Assembly: GCA_030248215.1 (NCBI GenBank)
Contig: JASANG010003345.1
Coordinates: 434,001-498,000 of the forward strand
Length of the DNA stretch: 64,000 bases
Direction: 5' to 3'
Origin: Enoplolaimus lenunculus
Taxonomy: Eukaryota
The notes beneath the pieces are model-generated. The model did not search any database. It worked only from the letters and a program-made list of their open reading frames with translations, and was not told the origin of the DNA. Position 1 is the first letter of the stretch, and every line of letters starts with the position of its first letter. Positions 1 through 13,500 of the stretch are shown here, piece after piece. The translations under genes and the position numbers were made by a program.

Positions 1-1074
1 ACTAATTTTTTTTGCTTGACTTAGGCTTAGGCTTATGCTTAGGAATATGCTCTGTTCCGCCCCTGTTCTTTACATTGGCCGAACGGATTAATAGGTAAAG
101 CTTTGCAGTGTAGTTGGTCGGAAAAATTTAGAATCAACTAGAGGGGTATTGCTGCATCGTCTGGTATATGCTTGCTGCGACCATGGAAGTTTAGGGGTCT
201 GAGAACTTCGGGATTGAGCGAAGGCAGGTGTCATTCAAATGGATCTCTTTTCTCTGCACAACATTTTATAGTTGTCATGATGAATCAGCTGTTTTTGTGA
301 TGCGGTTTCACTGGCAATTGTAAACACTGATTCTAATTCGTTGAAAGCACGGCGCTAGAATTGGTGGAACAAGGATAGTGTAAGCAAGACTGAAAATTTT
401 TGTTTACAAATGGATTTGCTGCGCCATGCGGCAGTAGAAGTGCGCTGTAGTACAATGCCGAAGGTCGCCCGACGTTGACGTACAGTGTCGAACGATGACG
501 AAGGTAACGGACAAGGTGACGGCTGGCGCCTGATGTCATCAGAACTATACCGTTACACTAAAGGTGGGGCAGTAGTGTTTACAACTCAGGCGACAAAATT
601 TATTTCAATATAAAATAAAGCAGAAACCTGTTTAATATATACTTGGCCATGATTGGAGCGATTTAGTAGGCTCCTGTGCACATTCATCAAACCGTTTTTT
701 AAGTTTTAAATTTTAATTTAACTTGTTTACTTAAGATAGGCTTATAACTGTCCAGCTCTGATTTCAACGTCAGTCTCTAGGCGGGAGGCGTTTACCATCA
801 CCAGCTGTAACATGTATTAGTTGATTAACACAATACGTTGTTTATTTTATTGCATTTGTTCAGTGTACAGTTTTAGTTGCTCATAGTACACTCCATGCAG
901 AAAACGGTTAATAAACTTTGATTTCTTCTGCAGGACCTTAATACTTTTTGTTAAATTTTATTAATTAAAGAAACAAAAAAATATGTTTTAAAATAAAAAC
1001 GGTATTTTCATTTTATTTGCGCCGATTCGATAATGTTCATGCCGAATTTGCGTAACGAAACTATTGATCAGTGC

Positions 1075-4000
1075 ATGAAACGCGTATTGCTTTTGCAAAT
1101 TTTGTGGTCTGCAATTTTCACCACAGGTATGTACAGGCCGTGTAGCTCTATAAAAGGCGTTCGCAATGTATATTATATACAGGAATATGTCACTGCAAAA
1201 AACGGCGAGTCAAATTGACTCTCTCCGAAATAGGCTTTTTCTAACTACACAAACTGAGTCAAAATTCGACTCCGCCTGAGTCACATTCGACTCAATTTGA
1301 CGCTGGCGGAGTCGAATTTTGACTCAGTTTGTGTAGTCAGGAAAAGCGTATTTCAGAGAGTGTCGATTTGACTCACCATTTTTTGCAGCGTATCTATAGG
1401 AAATTTTTGAAAACGGTTGTATTTATGTTTAGTTTTAAAGGTAAGATACTGGTTCGTTGGCTACGCTCGATCGCCAAATTCTGTTCTTGGTTGCAATCGT
1501 GTTCCAGGGGCGTGACCGGGATTTTATTTCGGGAAAGGGATAACAGCGTTTGAAAGTGTTTTGCCAGTGGGGATAGCAAGAAATTTTTTTGTCCTCTGCA
1601 GATTATTCTAAATCCTACGAAATTGCCTTTTTATAGATTTTTTCTGGAAATTTCGGGGGGGGGGGTGGGGGTGCGTCCCTGAATTCGACATCTATCTAAT
1701 ATCATTAACCTGGGACGCTGTGATCGGTTTGCTAATTAGTTAGTCAACTCGTTTTGCAATATTGCAACCGATGACAACATATTTCCCGCAAAATGAAAAG
1801 TCAGACATTGGTTTTCTATTCAGTTCTAATATATGTAAATTTTTTGTCTTGTGTGGGTCTGCTGAAAGAGATCGATCCCGGGATAACCTCGGTTCTGTAG
1901 AATACACGTTGCAACGCAGCTAAAAATCATACAGGGCTTTTTTATATACATAAACAAAATCTATGCAACATTCAGTCTGGAATTTTGCTAGCAAAAAACT
2001 TCGGTAATTATCTTTTATGGATATGAAATAAATCGGCTGGAAGGATGCCCAAAATACGTATGCGCGATATTGACACTTTAATAAGACTAGTAATCTGTAG
2101 TTGTGCACATGTGCAACTACTGTCTTAATATACTGTGTTTTGGTATATTTTTTGAAAAATTTATTCAAGCAAATCTGTATATGCTTTTTAGCTTTAAAAC
2201 TTGGTTGACAATTGTGTATTCAATTGCTATACAAATTTTTCAGCCTGTGGGGGTCCGAAAGGAATGACGGACCCTAGGAACCACGATCCCTAAAGGAAAA
2301 TACGAGTCCCAACGATGTACTACAAGATTTAAAGTCTAAAATGACGTTCGGTTTCCATTGCTCGCATGTTCTTTTTCACTATTATATCTCGCGCGATCCC
2401 CTTTTAGAAATTTGTTGATCCGCCGTTGATTCGATGAAAATAGTTAAAAACAATTAGTTTAATGGTGAACCAAACTCATACCGGTATACCACAATCAATA
2501 AAAGCAGGTATTTCGTTTAATTCTCGCTGATGTTTGCGTATGGCAATTTTGCAGTTATAAAATTGTCACAGAGGAATTGTTTGCATATTGTCTAGATAAT
2601 ACGATTGGGTTTATGTCGTTTTATTCGGTACGTTAAACCTGGAACGACTTGGATATAATTGATTAAGTAATTAATTTTTAATCTGTTTTAGATGCTGCTC
2701 TCAATACAAGTTCGGATACAATATTGGAAAAAACGCCGATAGGTAAGGTTTATCAATTTTCATATATATATAAATACAAAATATATTATTGTAGATTTTC
2801 TGAAACATTTTGAATGATGTTTGGCATCTGAAGCGGTATTTTCGGCTCTTTGTAGTACCAATTTACCAGATAGCAATAGGTTCTGAAACAAGAAAACTGC
2901 GGAAGTTACAAACATCAAACTTGGTTCGCAAGTAACACCGCTCAAATGCGTAAAATGCGACAAGTTATGAAAATCTCCATTTTTTGGTTCAAAATTTACA
3001 AGTCTTTAAGAGTAATAATTCGAAATATTAACCTGACCTGGTGACAATTTGTGCCATGATTTCAGTTAAAATTATATAGTAGTTACAATGTTATCATTGC
3101 AGGCGGTTACTGCAAATCGCGATCTCGTATTCCTTTCATCAATCCAAAGAACAACTTTGCTCAAGGATGTCTGTTCAGTCGCGCGTGTCCCCAAGGATAT
3201 CGTTGTGAGCTGTCGACTTCAGGTCAACTGTTGTGTTGTGGTCGTCTCGGCTCTGTTGCATACCCGAACTATGTTCACGTTCGCGACGCCAGGCAACGTC
3301 CGGTACCGTGTGCCGGAATTGGCTCCCGCTCGTGTCCAAGTCATTCCGCATGTTTGCCCACCAAAAGCGGACCGAGGGTTCAATTCGTGTGCACAACGCT
3401 TGCAAGACTTGCGCTCGAAAAACGCTACTTGCAAACATTGTCGTCACAAATGAACCACATGCTGGCCAGCCTTCAAAACGACACTGCACTGAATCGCCGA
3501 AGCTTAAGCCTAAGCTTAAACCATTGTCCTGGAGACTACATTCCACAGACAGTCACACCTTTCGCCACGTCTATGCAGACTCGTACCGATATCTTGGCCA
3601 GAGGTCTAGTGACATGCGCTCGTTCTGGCAGCCAATCATTTTGCACCGCTCCAGCGATTTGCGTTCAATCCAGCTTGGACCGGTCTGTTTTTCTTTGTTG
3701 TAAGCCTCCGTCATCAGTGTTAACCCATCCGCTCACTGGTCAACGGCAATCTTCCGAGACAGTATTTTGTCCTGGGCACCAGCGACCACTTAGAAAAGCT
3801 GATGGCACCATTGAGCAATGTCTAGCGACACATCTTGGCCGCTCGTGCTCGAGCTCGAGTTATACCTGCCAGCGACCGCTTGGCCCGCCCACGCTACCGT
3901 TAATCTGTTGTGGTTTTGGTGAATTTTCACCTTCAGGTGGTATACGGTGTCCAGCGCGGTTTGGCATAGGGCGACAGCCACTACTTGCCGGCATAATTGC

Positions 4001-6803
4001 ATTGCGTTGCACTCCTGAGTTGAACAACTGTCCCAGGGATTTTAGTTGCGTTGTATCACCATCGAATGGACTGTATGTTTGTTGCAACTCTATAGATCCT
4101 TCGGATAGCCGTGGTACAAGTGGTGGCACAGCGCGATGCAGAGATGGAAGTGTTCCAGATGTAATCGAGGGTATGCCTACGCGATGTGACATTGGTGAGT
4201 GTCGAATGACATAGTTTTAATTGGGAAGGCTTTAGATACAGTACCGCCGGGTTCGGCGAACCTTAAAATCGGGACCGGACAGAACTGAGTTTGAAATCTC
4301 TCGGTTTTCGACATTTAATACGGTATTGACCCGAATAAGAGGGGGGTCCCCATTTTGAGTCCAAATCAATAGGAGTCCGTATCCCTAATAAGAGTTCGTA
4401 AGCGGATACAGTCCTTAAACCTTAATTAGAGTCCATAAATGTCAATTATCCCTAAGTTTACCGCATAAATGACTCTTGGACCAAATAATTTGAGTTCAAA
4501 ACTTTAACGTGTACCTAAATTTTGAAAGTACATTCATAATTATTACCTTGTATTATCGCTCAAGCTATTGACACAAGACAAATAAATGTTTAAATCAACG
4601 GATAATTGCAGTACCGGATATATATCAGTACCGAAGGGCGGCGGAGCGTGGGTTAAAAATAAATGACAGTCCGTAACCAAATAACAAGAAACCTTAATTA
4701 GAGTCCATAAATGTCAATTATCCCTAAGTTTACCGCATAAATGACTCCTGGACCAAATAATTTGAGTTCAAAACTTTAAAGCGTACCTAAATTTTGAAAG
4801 TACATTCATAATTATTACCTTGTATTATCGCTCAAGCTATTGACACAAGACAAATAAATGTTTAAATCAACGGATAATTGCAGTACCGGATATATATCAG
4901 TACCGAAGGGCGGCGGAGCGTGGGTTAAAAATAAATAACAGTCCGTAACCAAATAACAAGAGGGGTACCCTCAGGAGAGGCCAAATAAATATCAGCCCCC
5001 CTCTTATTCGGGTCAATACAGTACTCAAACAAGCGCGCGAGCGCAATCTCAATTGCACAAGGTTTACGATAACGTCCAATTTTGTAAATTCGGCAAATTA
5101 TCCACTTTAATTTTGGCACGCGTTAGGTAGATTTTGACTCGTAAATTAGTTTCACCAGAAAGCTGTCAAAAGCCACCGAAGCACTGCTAAATTAAAGTGG
5201 GTAATTGAAATTTCTAATAGAATAATGGCAAGCTAACACGAAACTTGTTAGAAATTCGAATCGCCAGTACATAGCATGGCGGAAATCATTCACAATTAAA
5301 TTGCAGCTTCAATACAAGTAATGCAGAAAAACATGATACAAATAGCTAACTAGCCAAGCCTAGGTAGCAAAATATATTTTAAAACAACTACAAAACTTCA
5401 ACTATTAATAAACTTTTGGGAAAATACTGTAGTGACCCGAATAAGACGGGGCTAATATGAAGGGGGTATCCATTTTGAGTGACAATCAATTGTAGTCCGT
5501 ATTCATAATAAGAGTCCATAAGCGGATAAAGTCCCTAAATCCTAATTAGAGTCCATAAACGTCAATTGTCCCTAATGGCAGTGAATCCAGGCCAAATAAA
5601 GTTGAGTTCGAAAGTTTAAAGCCTACTTAATATTTAAACGTGCATACCTAAGTATATTCTTGCATTATCGTTCAAGCTTTTGATTGAAGAAACATAAACA
5701 TTTAATTCAACGGATAATTGCAGTGCCGGATATATCAGTAGCGAAGAGTGGCGGAGCGTGGGTTGAAAATAAATAACAGTCTGAGTAACGAGTTTTAATA
5801 TGTTTAAATACTAGTGGATCAGAAGAACCGCCGTGAATATTGAGTCATTTTTATCCCAGGTACCCTTTGTGTCAAGGTTTAACCGTTTAACGGAACCTTA
5901 AAGTCTATACCTCCCATCTTTCCAGTTAAAATTCTTAAAACGCAAAGACACTATTTAATGTTGACGTGCTACATCGTAGCTGTTACTTAGGGTCACGCTA
6001 TAGCGGCGTGCGTCGGCACGCGGCTAAACGCGGCGGCGTGCTGCAGTGGCCCGCGTCGCCGTCTGACGCAGTACTCAAAGATTTGGCGTCTACGCATACC
6101 AGTTTGCACTTAGCCGTAAGGCCCAATGTAAAGAACAGTGGCGGAACAGTGTTATAAGCATATTCCTAAGCCTAAGCCTAAACCTAAACCTAGACAAAAA
6201 ACCATAAGAATGAGCATATTCCTAAGCCTAAGCCTAAGTGTAAACCTAGCGAAAAAAAATAGTCTAAAGCTTAAGCTTACTCTATTCTAGTCGCAAAGGA
6301 AAACGTTCCGCCCCTGATCTTTACATGGGCCGCCGTAAGGAACGCCATTTTGCAAATCAGACCCGTACGAACATTGCGCTAACGTATCAACTAAACGTCT
6401 GCTGTATTAAAAATTATTTACAGGCAGTCTTGACACTTGTAACTTGGGCTACACATGCCAACAAACAACTGAACCAGCGACGTCGGCGTGTTGCCCAACT
6501 CCAAAATGTCCCAACGGTGGCCAATTTGTTGAGACACAAAGTTGTAGCGCAACAAATCGCGATTGTGGATTTGATTCAGTTTGTTTGGAGACAACGTTGG
6601 GACAATTCGATTGTTGTACGCGAGGACGCGGCAGTGAACCAGGATATTGCCCGGGGAATGGGATTATCGATATTTTAAGGGTTTCATGCAGGACTGTTGG
6701 ATCCATTTCGGAGTGTAACGAAGGCTATGTGTGTACGCAAACGGATAACGCTGTGCCTGGGTGTTGTTTGGACGAAAATTCGTTGCTGATCACTAAACAG
6801 TGA
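1075..6803 (+). CDS. Secreted cysteine-repeat protein A (WR1/Lustrin-type Cys modules); predicted exons 1075-1126, 2692-2742, 3103-4194, 6424-6803 (~524 aa)
   Basis: Exon 1 encodes signal-peptide-like MKRVLLLQILWSAIFTT. All three introns are GT-AG and phase 1, and the join is stop-free to TGA 6801-6803. Repeated C-x(n)-C-x(n)-CPxGYxC-x(n)-CC modules. Exon 3 start (GGYCKSRSRIPFINPKNNFAQGC) aligns with paralog B. Confidence 0.8.
4417..4960 (+). repeat. 272-bp internal tandem duplication within the MITE at 4321-5021
   Basis: 4417-4688 and 4689-4960 are near-identical. Confidence 0.9.
6120..6331. mobile_element. TTAGGC-repeat MITE family (~180-220 bp), representative copy; others at 1-80, 7897-8115, ~15780-15980, ~17285-17480, 22139-22341, ~23740-23885, ~27247-27657, 49678-49816, 51286-51440, ~54218-54412, ~61485-61676, 63082-63260, 63384-63578
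   Basis: TIRs GGCC(C/A)ATGTAAAGA(T/A)CAGGGGCGGAAC around degenerate (TTAGGC)n; 7-bp TSDs GCCGTAA, GACAAAT, ACAGTTT, AGCTCCC. Confidence 0.85.
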
Positions 6804-7238
6804 TTTTGTGAACGATGAAACGTGGCCATAATGATGACTTAAACTTGTGGGATTCAGCGGACGCTTATCACAGACGGTTCGGCTCAATGGCCAATTGATA
6901 ATTTTGCACTGTGGACAGGATTGTTTTTGTTTGTGAAATTTTGTAATTGCTAAAAACCGTGAGTTTGGGCAAACAGATTTTTGGAACAAAAAGAGCCGAT
7001 GACGGAAACTTTTGAACTTGGGTCCGTTAATCATTGATTATTTTTCAGTCATTTGGCGAGAAAAAATATTTTGACCTTCGGATGAATTTATTTGTATAAC
7101 GAAATTTTTAACACCGCAGACCTGAACGGTGGACATTTTCATCATGGCACATCAAATCCGTCATTCGCGCTTTAATTGATTGGCGAGGCTAACCGGAATG
7201 ATTTAATGTTAGAGGTTGAGTTCAATTTCATCGGTTAA

Positions 7239-7553
7239 AAGGATACAACCAGAGGTCAGTCTCCTGCTCCGGCAGCTCAGGCAGAAAATCGATCTTCGGC
7301 TTCGGCTCTGGTAAAATTTTTGTCGGAGGTTCCGGCAGTTTCGGTAGTAAACTATGCGTAATTTTCCAAAATTTATCTGTTTAGCGCGTTTAAACATCTT
7401 AACTACATATTGTAGATATTGGCTAAAATTAACTAATTAATCATCATTTTAACTACCTAAGTTCGTCTCACCTCCGGCTTCACCTCCGGCTGCGGCAATG
7501 TTCGTTGATTGCTGGCGCCGGCTCCCGTATTCTTTACCTCCGGTTGTACCCTG
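7239..7553. mobile_element. hAT-like MITE (similar CAGGG/TAGGG-ended elements at 11454-11944 and 50467-50826)
   Basis: Imperfect TIR AGGATACAACCAGAGGT/ACCTCCGGTTGTACCCTG; 8-bp flanks TCGGTTAA/TCTGTTAA. Confidence 0.6.
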
Positions 7554-10500
7554 TCTGTTAAAGTTGTAATTCAGTAATTCCAATGAAACTTGTATACATT
7601 CGTGTGAATATTGTGTTGTTTTGGAAGATTTTTAAAAATATCGATTTCTTCCTTTATAAATACTGAGTTACAGTAAATTTTGTATTATAACAGACGTTTT
7701 GGTAGGTACACCGAGATGACATTCAACAAATGATTTATTGCATAAAACCAAATATTACAATTCTTTGTGTTTCTATTACGTAAGGGTCTATATTCTCATA
7801 TGCGTACATCACCTATCACCAGTCATTGAACGATTTTTTAAACAGACGAATTCCTGCAACTACAAAACTCAAAATTAATACAGATGTAGGACAAATCGGC
7901 CAATGTAAACAGCACGGGCGAAACAGTGTTATAAGCTTAATCCTAAGTCTAAGCCTAAGTGTAAGACCTTAAAGCCTAAGAGTAAGTATGAGTTTATTCT
8001 TAAGCCTATGCCTAAACCTAAGCGTAAAGCCAAGCAAAAAAAATTAGTCTAAAGCTTAACCTTACTGTATTCTAGTCTGTCAAAAAAAGTTCCGCCCCTG
8101 ATCTTTACATGGGCCGACAAATAAAAATACAAAAAATTTCCTGAGTTTCGAACCTTCGTCAATCGCTGGTTCGAAAATGGCAAGACCTATATAACCAACT
8201 TGTGATAGGTGCCTGGCATTACATGTTTGACTTTGTTAACTGCATGGTGGTATCAGAGATCTTATGGGACTTTAGCGTGTAAATGAGATATGACATTAAA
8301 ATTATTACCAACTAAGCTACTGTAGTGACCCGAATAAGAGGAGAGACTGATATTTATTTGGCCTCTCCTGAGGGTACTCTCCGGTTATTCGGGTACACTG
8401 CAAAAATGGTGAGTCAAATTGATTCCCTCCGAAATAGGCTCTACGGGACTACACAAACTGAGACAAATTCGACTCCGCCAGAGTCAAACGGGCGACTAAG
8501 TGAGTCGAATTTGACTCTGGTGGAGTCTGATTTGACTCAATTTGTGTAGTCCCGTAGAGCCTATTTCGGAGGGAGTCACTTTGATTCACCATTTTTTGCA
8601 GTGTACAGACTGTTATTTATTATTAAGCCGCCCTCTGTGCTTCGTTACTGAAATATCGGTATTGCAACTATCCGTTGAATTAAACATTTATTTGCCTTGT
8701 ATTAAAAGCTTGGGCAATAATGCAAGGTTATACTTAGGAATGAATGTACTTTAAAACTTTGTATGCTTGGAGGTTTTGAACTCAACTTTATTCGGCCCTG
8801 GAGTCATTTATGCACTACAATAAGGGATAATTGACATTTATTGACTCTAACAGGGTTTAAGGACTCTACCGCTTACGGACTCTTATTAGGGATACGGACT
8901 CCTATTGATTGGGACTCAAAATGGGCACCCCTTCGTATTACCACCTTTGTTATTCGGATCACTACTGTTAACAGTAATACATCATTACTGCATTAAGTCT
9001 TGTGTTATACGTGCAGAGGTAAATTAAAGAATTTTATCGCGTTGGCACTCGGAGAATAAGCTCAAAATGATCTTCGGTGCAGACAGCGAAATAAACAGCA
9101 GCCGTATGAGTGTTCAGGGGTCCAATCCCTCTTGGTTATTTTTGTCCAGAGATCTTAGAAATGATTTGAGTTACACTAAAAATGATACCCCCCTTTTGAA
9201 CTTTTATAAACATAATCCACCATTTCCAAAATTACCGGTATTGCAAATACAACGCAAACTTATATCCAACGAATTTAGCCGTATTTTGCTCACCGTCTCA
9301 CATTCCCAAGCACCAAACTCAATTTCAGGCCAGCAGCTTGCTCACCTTGCTTTTGGGTGTGGGGTAAAATTTTTTCAGGTGAGACATACATGGGTGTTCA
9401 AAGAATTATTACAAGCAAAATTAAAAAATTTTCTAGGTGGCCAAAATTTTTCCAGGGGGCTAAGCCCTTTTGTTCAACCACTTGGCTACGACACCACTAA
9501 ATTCATTTTAATAAGATCGCCGTAGTTAAAACTAAAAAGACTATTTATTTTGAAGCTAAGTATGCATAAAACACTGGATCTTTTAACTTATAGGAAAATT
9601 GTAAAAACAGCTTACACATAATATTGAAACATCTGTCAAATCTTCTCTCACAGGAGTCAGTGGTGCTTGCTGTAAATGGATTGCCCTTGAAAATAAAACA
9701 GTGGATACTTGTTTTAAGAGGTTTTTCGTTTTTCTCGCTGCAATTAGCAACAACAAACGTAAAAATGGACGATGATGCATATTGTCAGTTTTGCAGTATT
9801 ACAGATTGGTTGATGGAAAATAGAGTAACAGGATATTTAAGAGTAAAAAAAATAATTAAAAGTGAATAAAAGCTTCTATAAGATTTTATTTTATCTATTT
9901 CGGCTGTTTTAAAATTTACTTTGAACATTGGGGTATTTTATATTAATAGTTTTTAAGCATTAATTTTAGTATGGTAAAATTGTTTTTTACGCACCAAAGC
10001 TTATAGCGTCGCATAGACTAAATGCTTACAGTATGTGTTTACGCACAATTGTATTGCTTGCGCTCGGCTGCTGATTTATGATGGAAAATATATTTCAAAC
10101 TCGCTGAATATTTAAAGTCTTTTTGAAGGTTTGAATTTTTAAGGTTCTATTTCTCATAATTGTAGTATATTAACTAAAAATATTATAAACAATTAATTAA
10201 GACGCTGGTTTAAATATAAGTAAATGAAGCAAACGAAATTTAAAAACTGACAAGCAATAAAGATAGCAGACGACAGGCATTTATGTAGCTCAAACAAATT
10301 TCAAGTTGCCTGCGAAATGTTATTCGTTTTAACGATGGGCTAACTTTCTAGATCCAACATTTGGCAACTTTTGTGTGAAACTGTTTTTTGGATGGGTGTC
10401 TGCACAGCTATAAGCCACAAGCGTGAGCTCAGACAATCTTAGATCAAACACCGAGAAATTCTGGATCCATCTCAACGTTGCGGACTCCCAACATGGAGTT

Positions 10501-13500
10501 TGGGGCAATCCCTGACCCCTGTCTGCTTCGGCACTGAACGTATAGCATCGCCCCAATTGTATGCCTGAAATTAGGGCGACTTTACGAACAACAATTTGTA
10601 TTTGTTCATGTTTATTCACAGCGTAATTGTGACGTTTGCAGCACAAGCTTATTATAAGCAATTCCGCTTGATGTGTACATATTTGAGAATTTTTCTAAAA
10701 TATTTAAATCAAAAAATATGTATCTATAAATATCCGGTTGACTACTTTTTAAGTAATTTTTGTTTTCAAGCGACAATTTAAATAAAATCTTTTTACTTAA
10801 AAACTAATCTTAGCAAGTTTTTTTCAAATGAGCACAATTTAGGGCTGGTATCATCTAGAATCATATGGCAAAGGTACATTTTTTCGACAAGATATATGTG
10901 TTAAACGCCCCGTGCTTTTATGTGGTGGCTACATGTGCGTAACTTTTACAATTATTAGTCGCTAAACGTGGAAAATAGATATAAACGATACTAAGTAAGA
11001 ATTTTTTCATTCACAGCTTTGACTAAAAAATTTTCCGTGAATAAAACTTTGTGTTAATCTTGTTTAGTGTACAATTTAAAAACAAAGCAGAAAAATAAAA
11101 TAACCCTAAAACCAAGACGTTTGATAATGCTTTATAGATATTTGCTAAAATTAGCAAATCAACCATTGTTTAAACTATCTAATTTCGTGGGACCTCCGGC
11201 TTCACCTCAGACTCCGGCTCAAGCAACTTCGAGTTGGCCTCCTGCGCTGGCATTTGTCATTCCCGTTACACTTTGCTATGCAGTTTCAGCTACATTTTTA
11301 CCTATTTTATGCAGAACTTGAGGTAATAGTTTCTAAATATGCTAAAATTTTAAATTATATAATTGTTAATTTGCGAACGCAGCTGAGTTGATGAATCGTA
11401 TACAAAGGAATTAGGTGGGTGTACAAAGGATTTCATTTCGGAAGTAATAAAACTAGGGATGTGCCAACCAAAACTTTTGCCGATACCGGTTATTATTTTG
11501 AAATTTTCCGATGCCGAACCTACACCGAACTGATGTGGACGCCGATGCCGATTCAACCCTTATACACCATGCTTAATAAACAGATATGAAACTACATTTC
11601 ATCATTTTATGAAGATTAAACACTATTAACCATCATAAACGATTGTCATTTTATGAAGATTAAACACTAACCATCATAAACGATTGTAATTTTATAACAA
11701 CGGTCTATTTCAATTAATTTTTCCACACAAACACAAGCGAGATAACAGTTTTCCTAACCAAATAGCTGATATGCTCCCAGAAATGAAATTGGTGGCATTC
11801 CAATTAACTGTTATATGTAACAAGTATGGGTAAAGAAGCGGCAATTTTTTTGCAGTGCCGATGCGTATATCGATACTCATGAAAAGTGCCGATTAGTACC
11901 GATGCCGCTGCCGATGCTGATTCCGATTAATCGGCACACCCCTGGATAAAATATTGTTCTTCTGGATTTTACAGTCCAATTAGATTATCTAGAAATTTAT
12001 CAAAATGTTTTCTACATATCTCGACAGAATTGTCTGTCAGGTATATGCCACTGTGTGTATTCCTATTTGTATACGCCCCTGCAGCTAAAATAATATGTTT
12101 ATTAATACTTTGCGTCTATTTATGAGTTAATTTTAAATTTGAAACTTTTGAAATCTTTGAAAAAATAATATTTATTCTTCAAACTTTTACTATTTTGAAA
12201 AGTTTTTATTTAACTTTTGATTTTTAAATCCCAACTGTTTGGAGTTGTTTTTTTGTTTTAAGTGGACAATCGTGATTTGAGAATTTAGAGCGATACAGTG
12301 TTTTTGAGAACAAAAAATTTTGATCAGCATCTGTATATAAATATAGTTCATTGCATAATCTTTCAGATACTCGAAGATCCGCGAAGGCTGGCACCCATGC
12401 CGTATGTAAACCTGGACTCTAAAACCCACATTTTGAATTTAATTTTTTTACTAAAATTCTGTTTGGTTTGCGAGCTTATTTCATCATCAATATATCTTGA
12501 GGGCTGCTCTCAGAAATTTCTGGATCCGCCACAACCCACAACAAATTGACATTCACACTTTCAGCCATATCTACATCTGTCTATGGTAATTATAGGGCTC
12601 TGGAGATGATTAGGCTTAGGTATCCGCTATACCCTTTATGAGTATATATCTTTGCAATTTCACACAGACATGTATACAGAGCAAAGGCTCGTAGCAAGAT
12701 AACTTTGATAGGGGAAATAAACATTTTCCAGGAAGGGCATACAAGGGTTTCCGATGACTTACAAGCAACGTTGGAAATTATTTAGGGGGCGACTAAAATT
12801 ATTCCGAGTCGCAGTGCCGGAGCAGATAGGGGTGGTGGAGGCTCCCCCCAAACTCCTGGGTGAGGTCCCCAAACTAGCGAGCGACGTGAGCGAGAACCGA
12901 GACACATTTTAAAACTTCGACGGTTTTAGTTTCAACCGGTTAGGGTGGGGGGCCTCTTTAGAAGTAATGCCGCCAACGAGGGGCATGGGGGTGGCTACTC
13001 AGGGTCTGTCGGGATGGCAGAGTTATCCTGGTCCACCTTTGAATACGTGTCTACCAGAGCACCGAGGAAACTACATAAATGTCGGCGTTTGACAAATCAT
13101 TAACCGTTATAATCAATAGTTCGATGTCCTTGCCTGGCATAGGGTGATTTGGGACAGCGGCCGTACTTCTCCAGCTTACCATCTACGCTACCGATCCGGA
13201 ATATGGGTTTTACTTGCCAATATGATTTTCTATATTACATATGGTCATTGAATAATACTGCATTGTGAGACCACAATCGGACGGCAATTACTACGATTAT
13301 ACAACTGCAATTTTTGCAAAATTTTAAATAAATCATACAGAATTAAAATGCAAACACAGTTTCAATTCGATTCTCTTTAAATATTAATGATTGTTGAAAT
13401 AAATTTTAAGAATCGGTTGCTTAAAAGCGGTGTTGACGCTACTTCGAACTTTAAGATTTGCAATGTTTCTACAGTGAATACGTGTGTTGTAAAATTCTGT

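Noticed and set aside
9600..13260. Exon-like patches (9654-9843 +, ~10330-10565 -, ~13000-13200 -)
   Set aside because: No consistent spliced frame or recognisable domain could be assembled.
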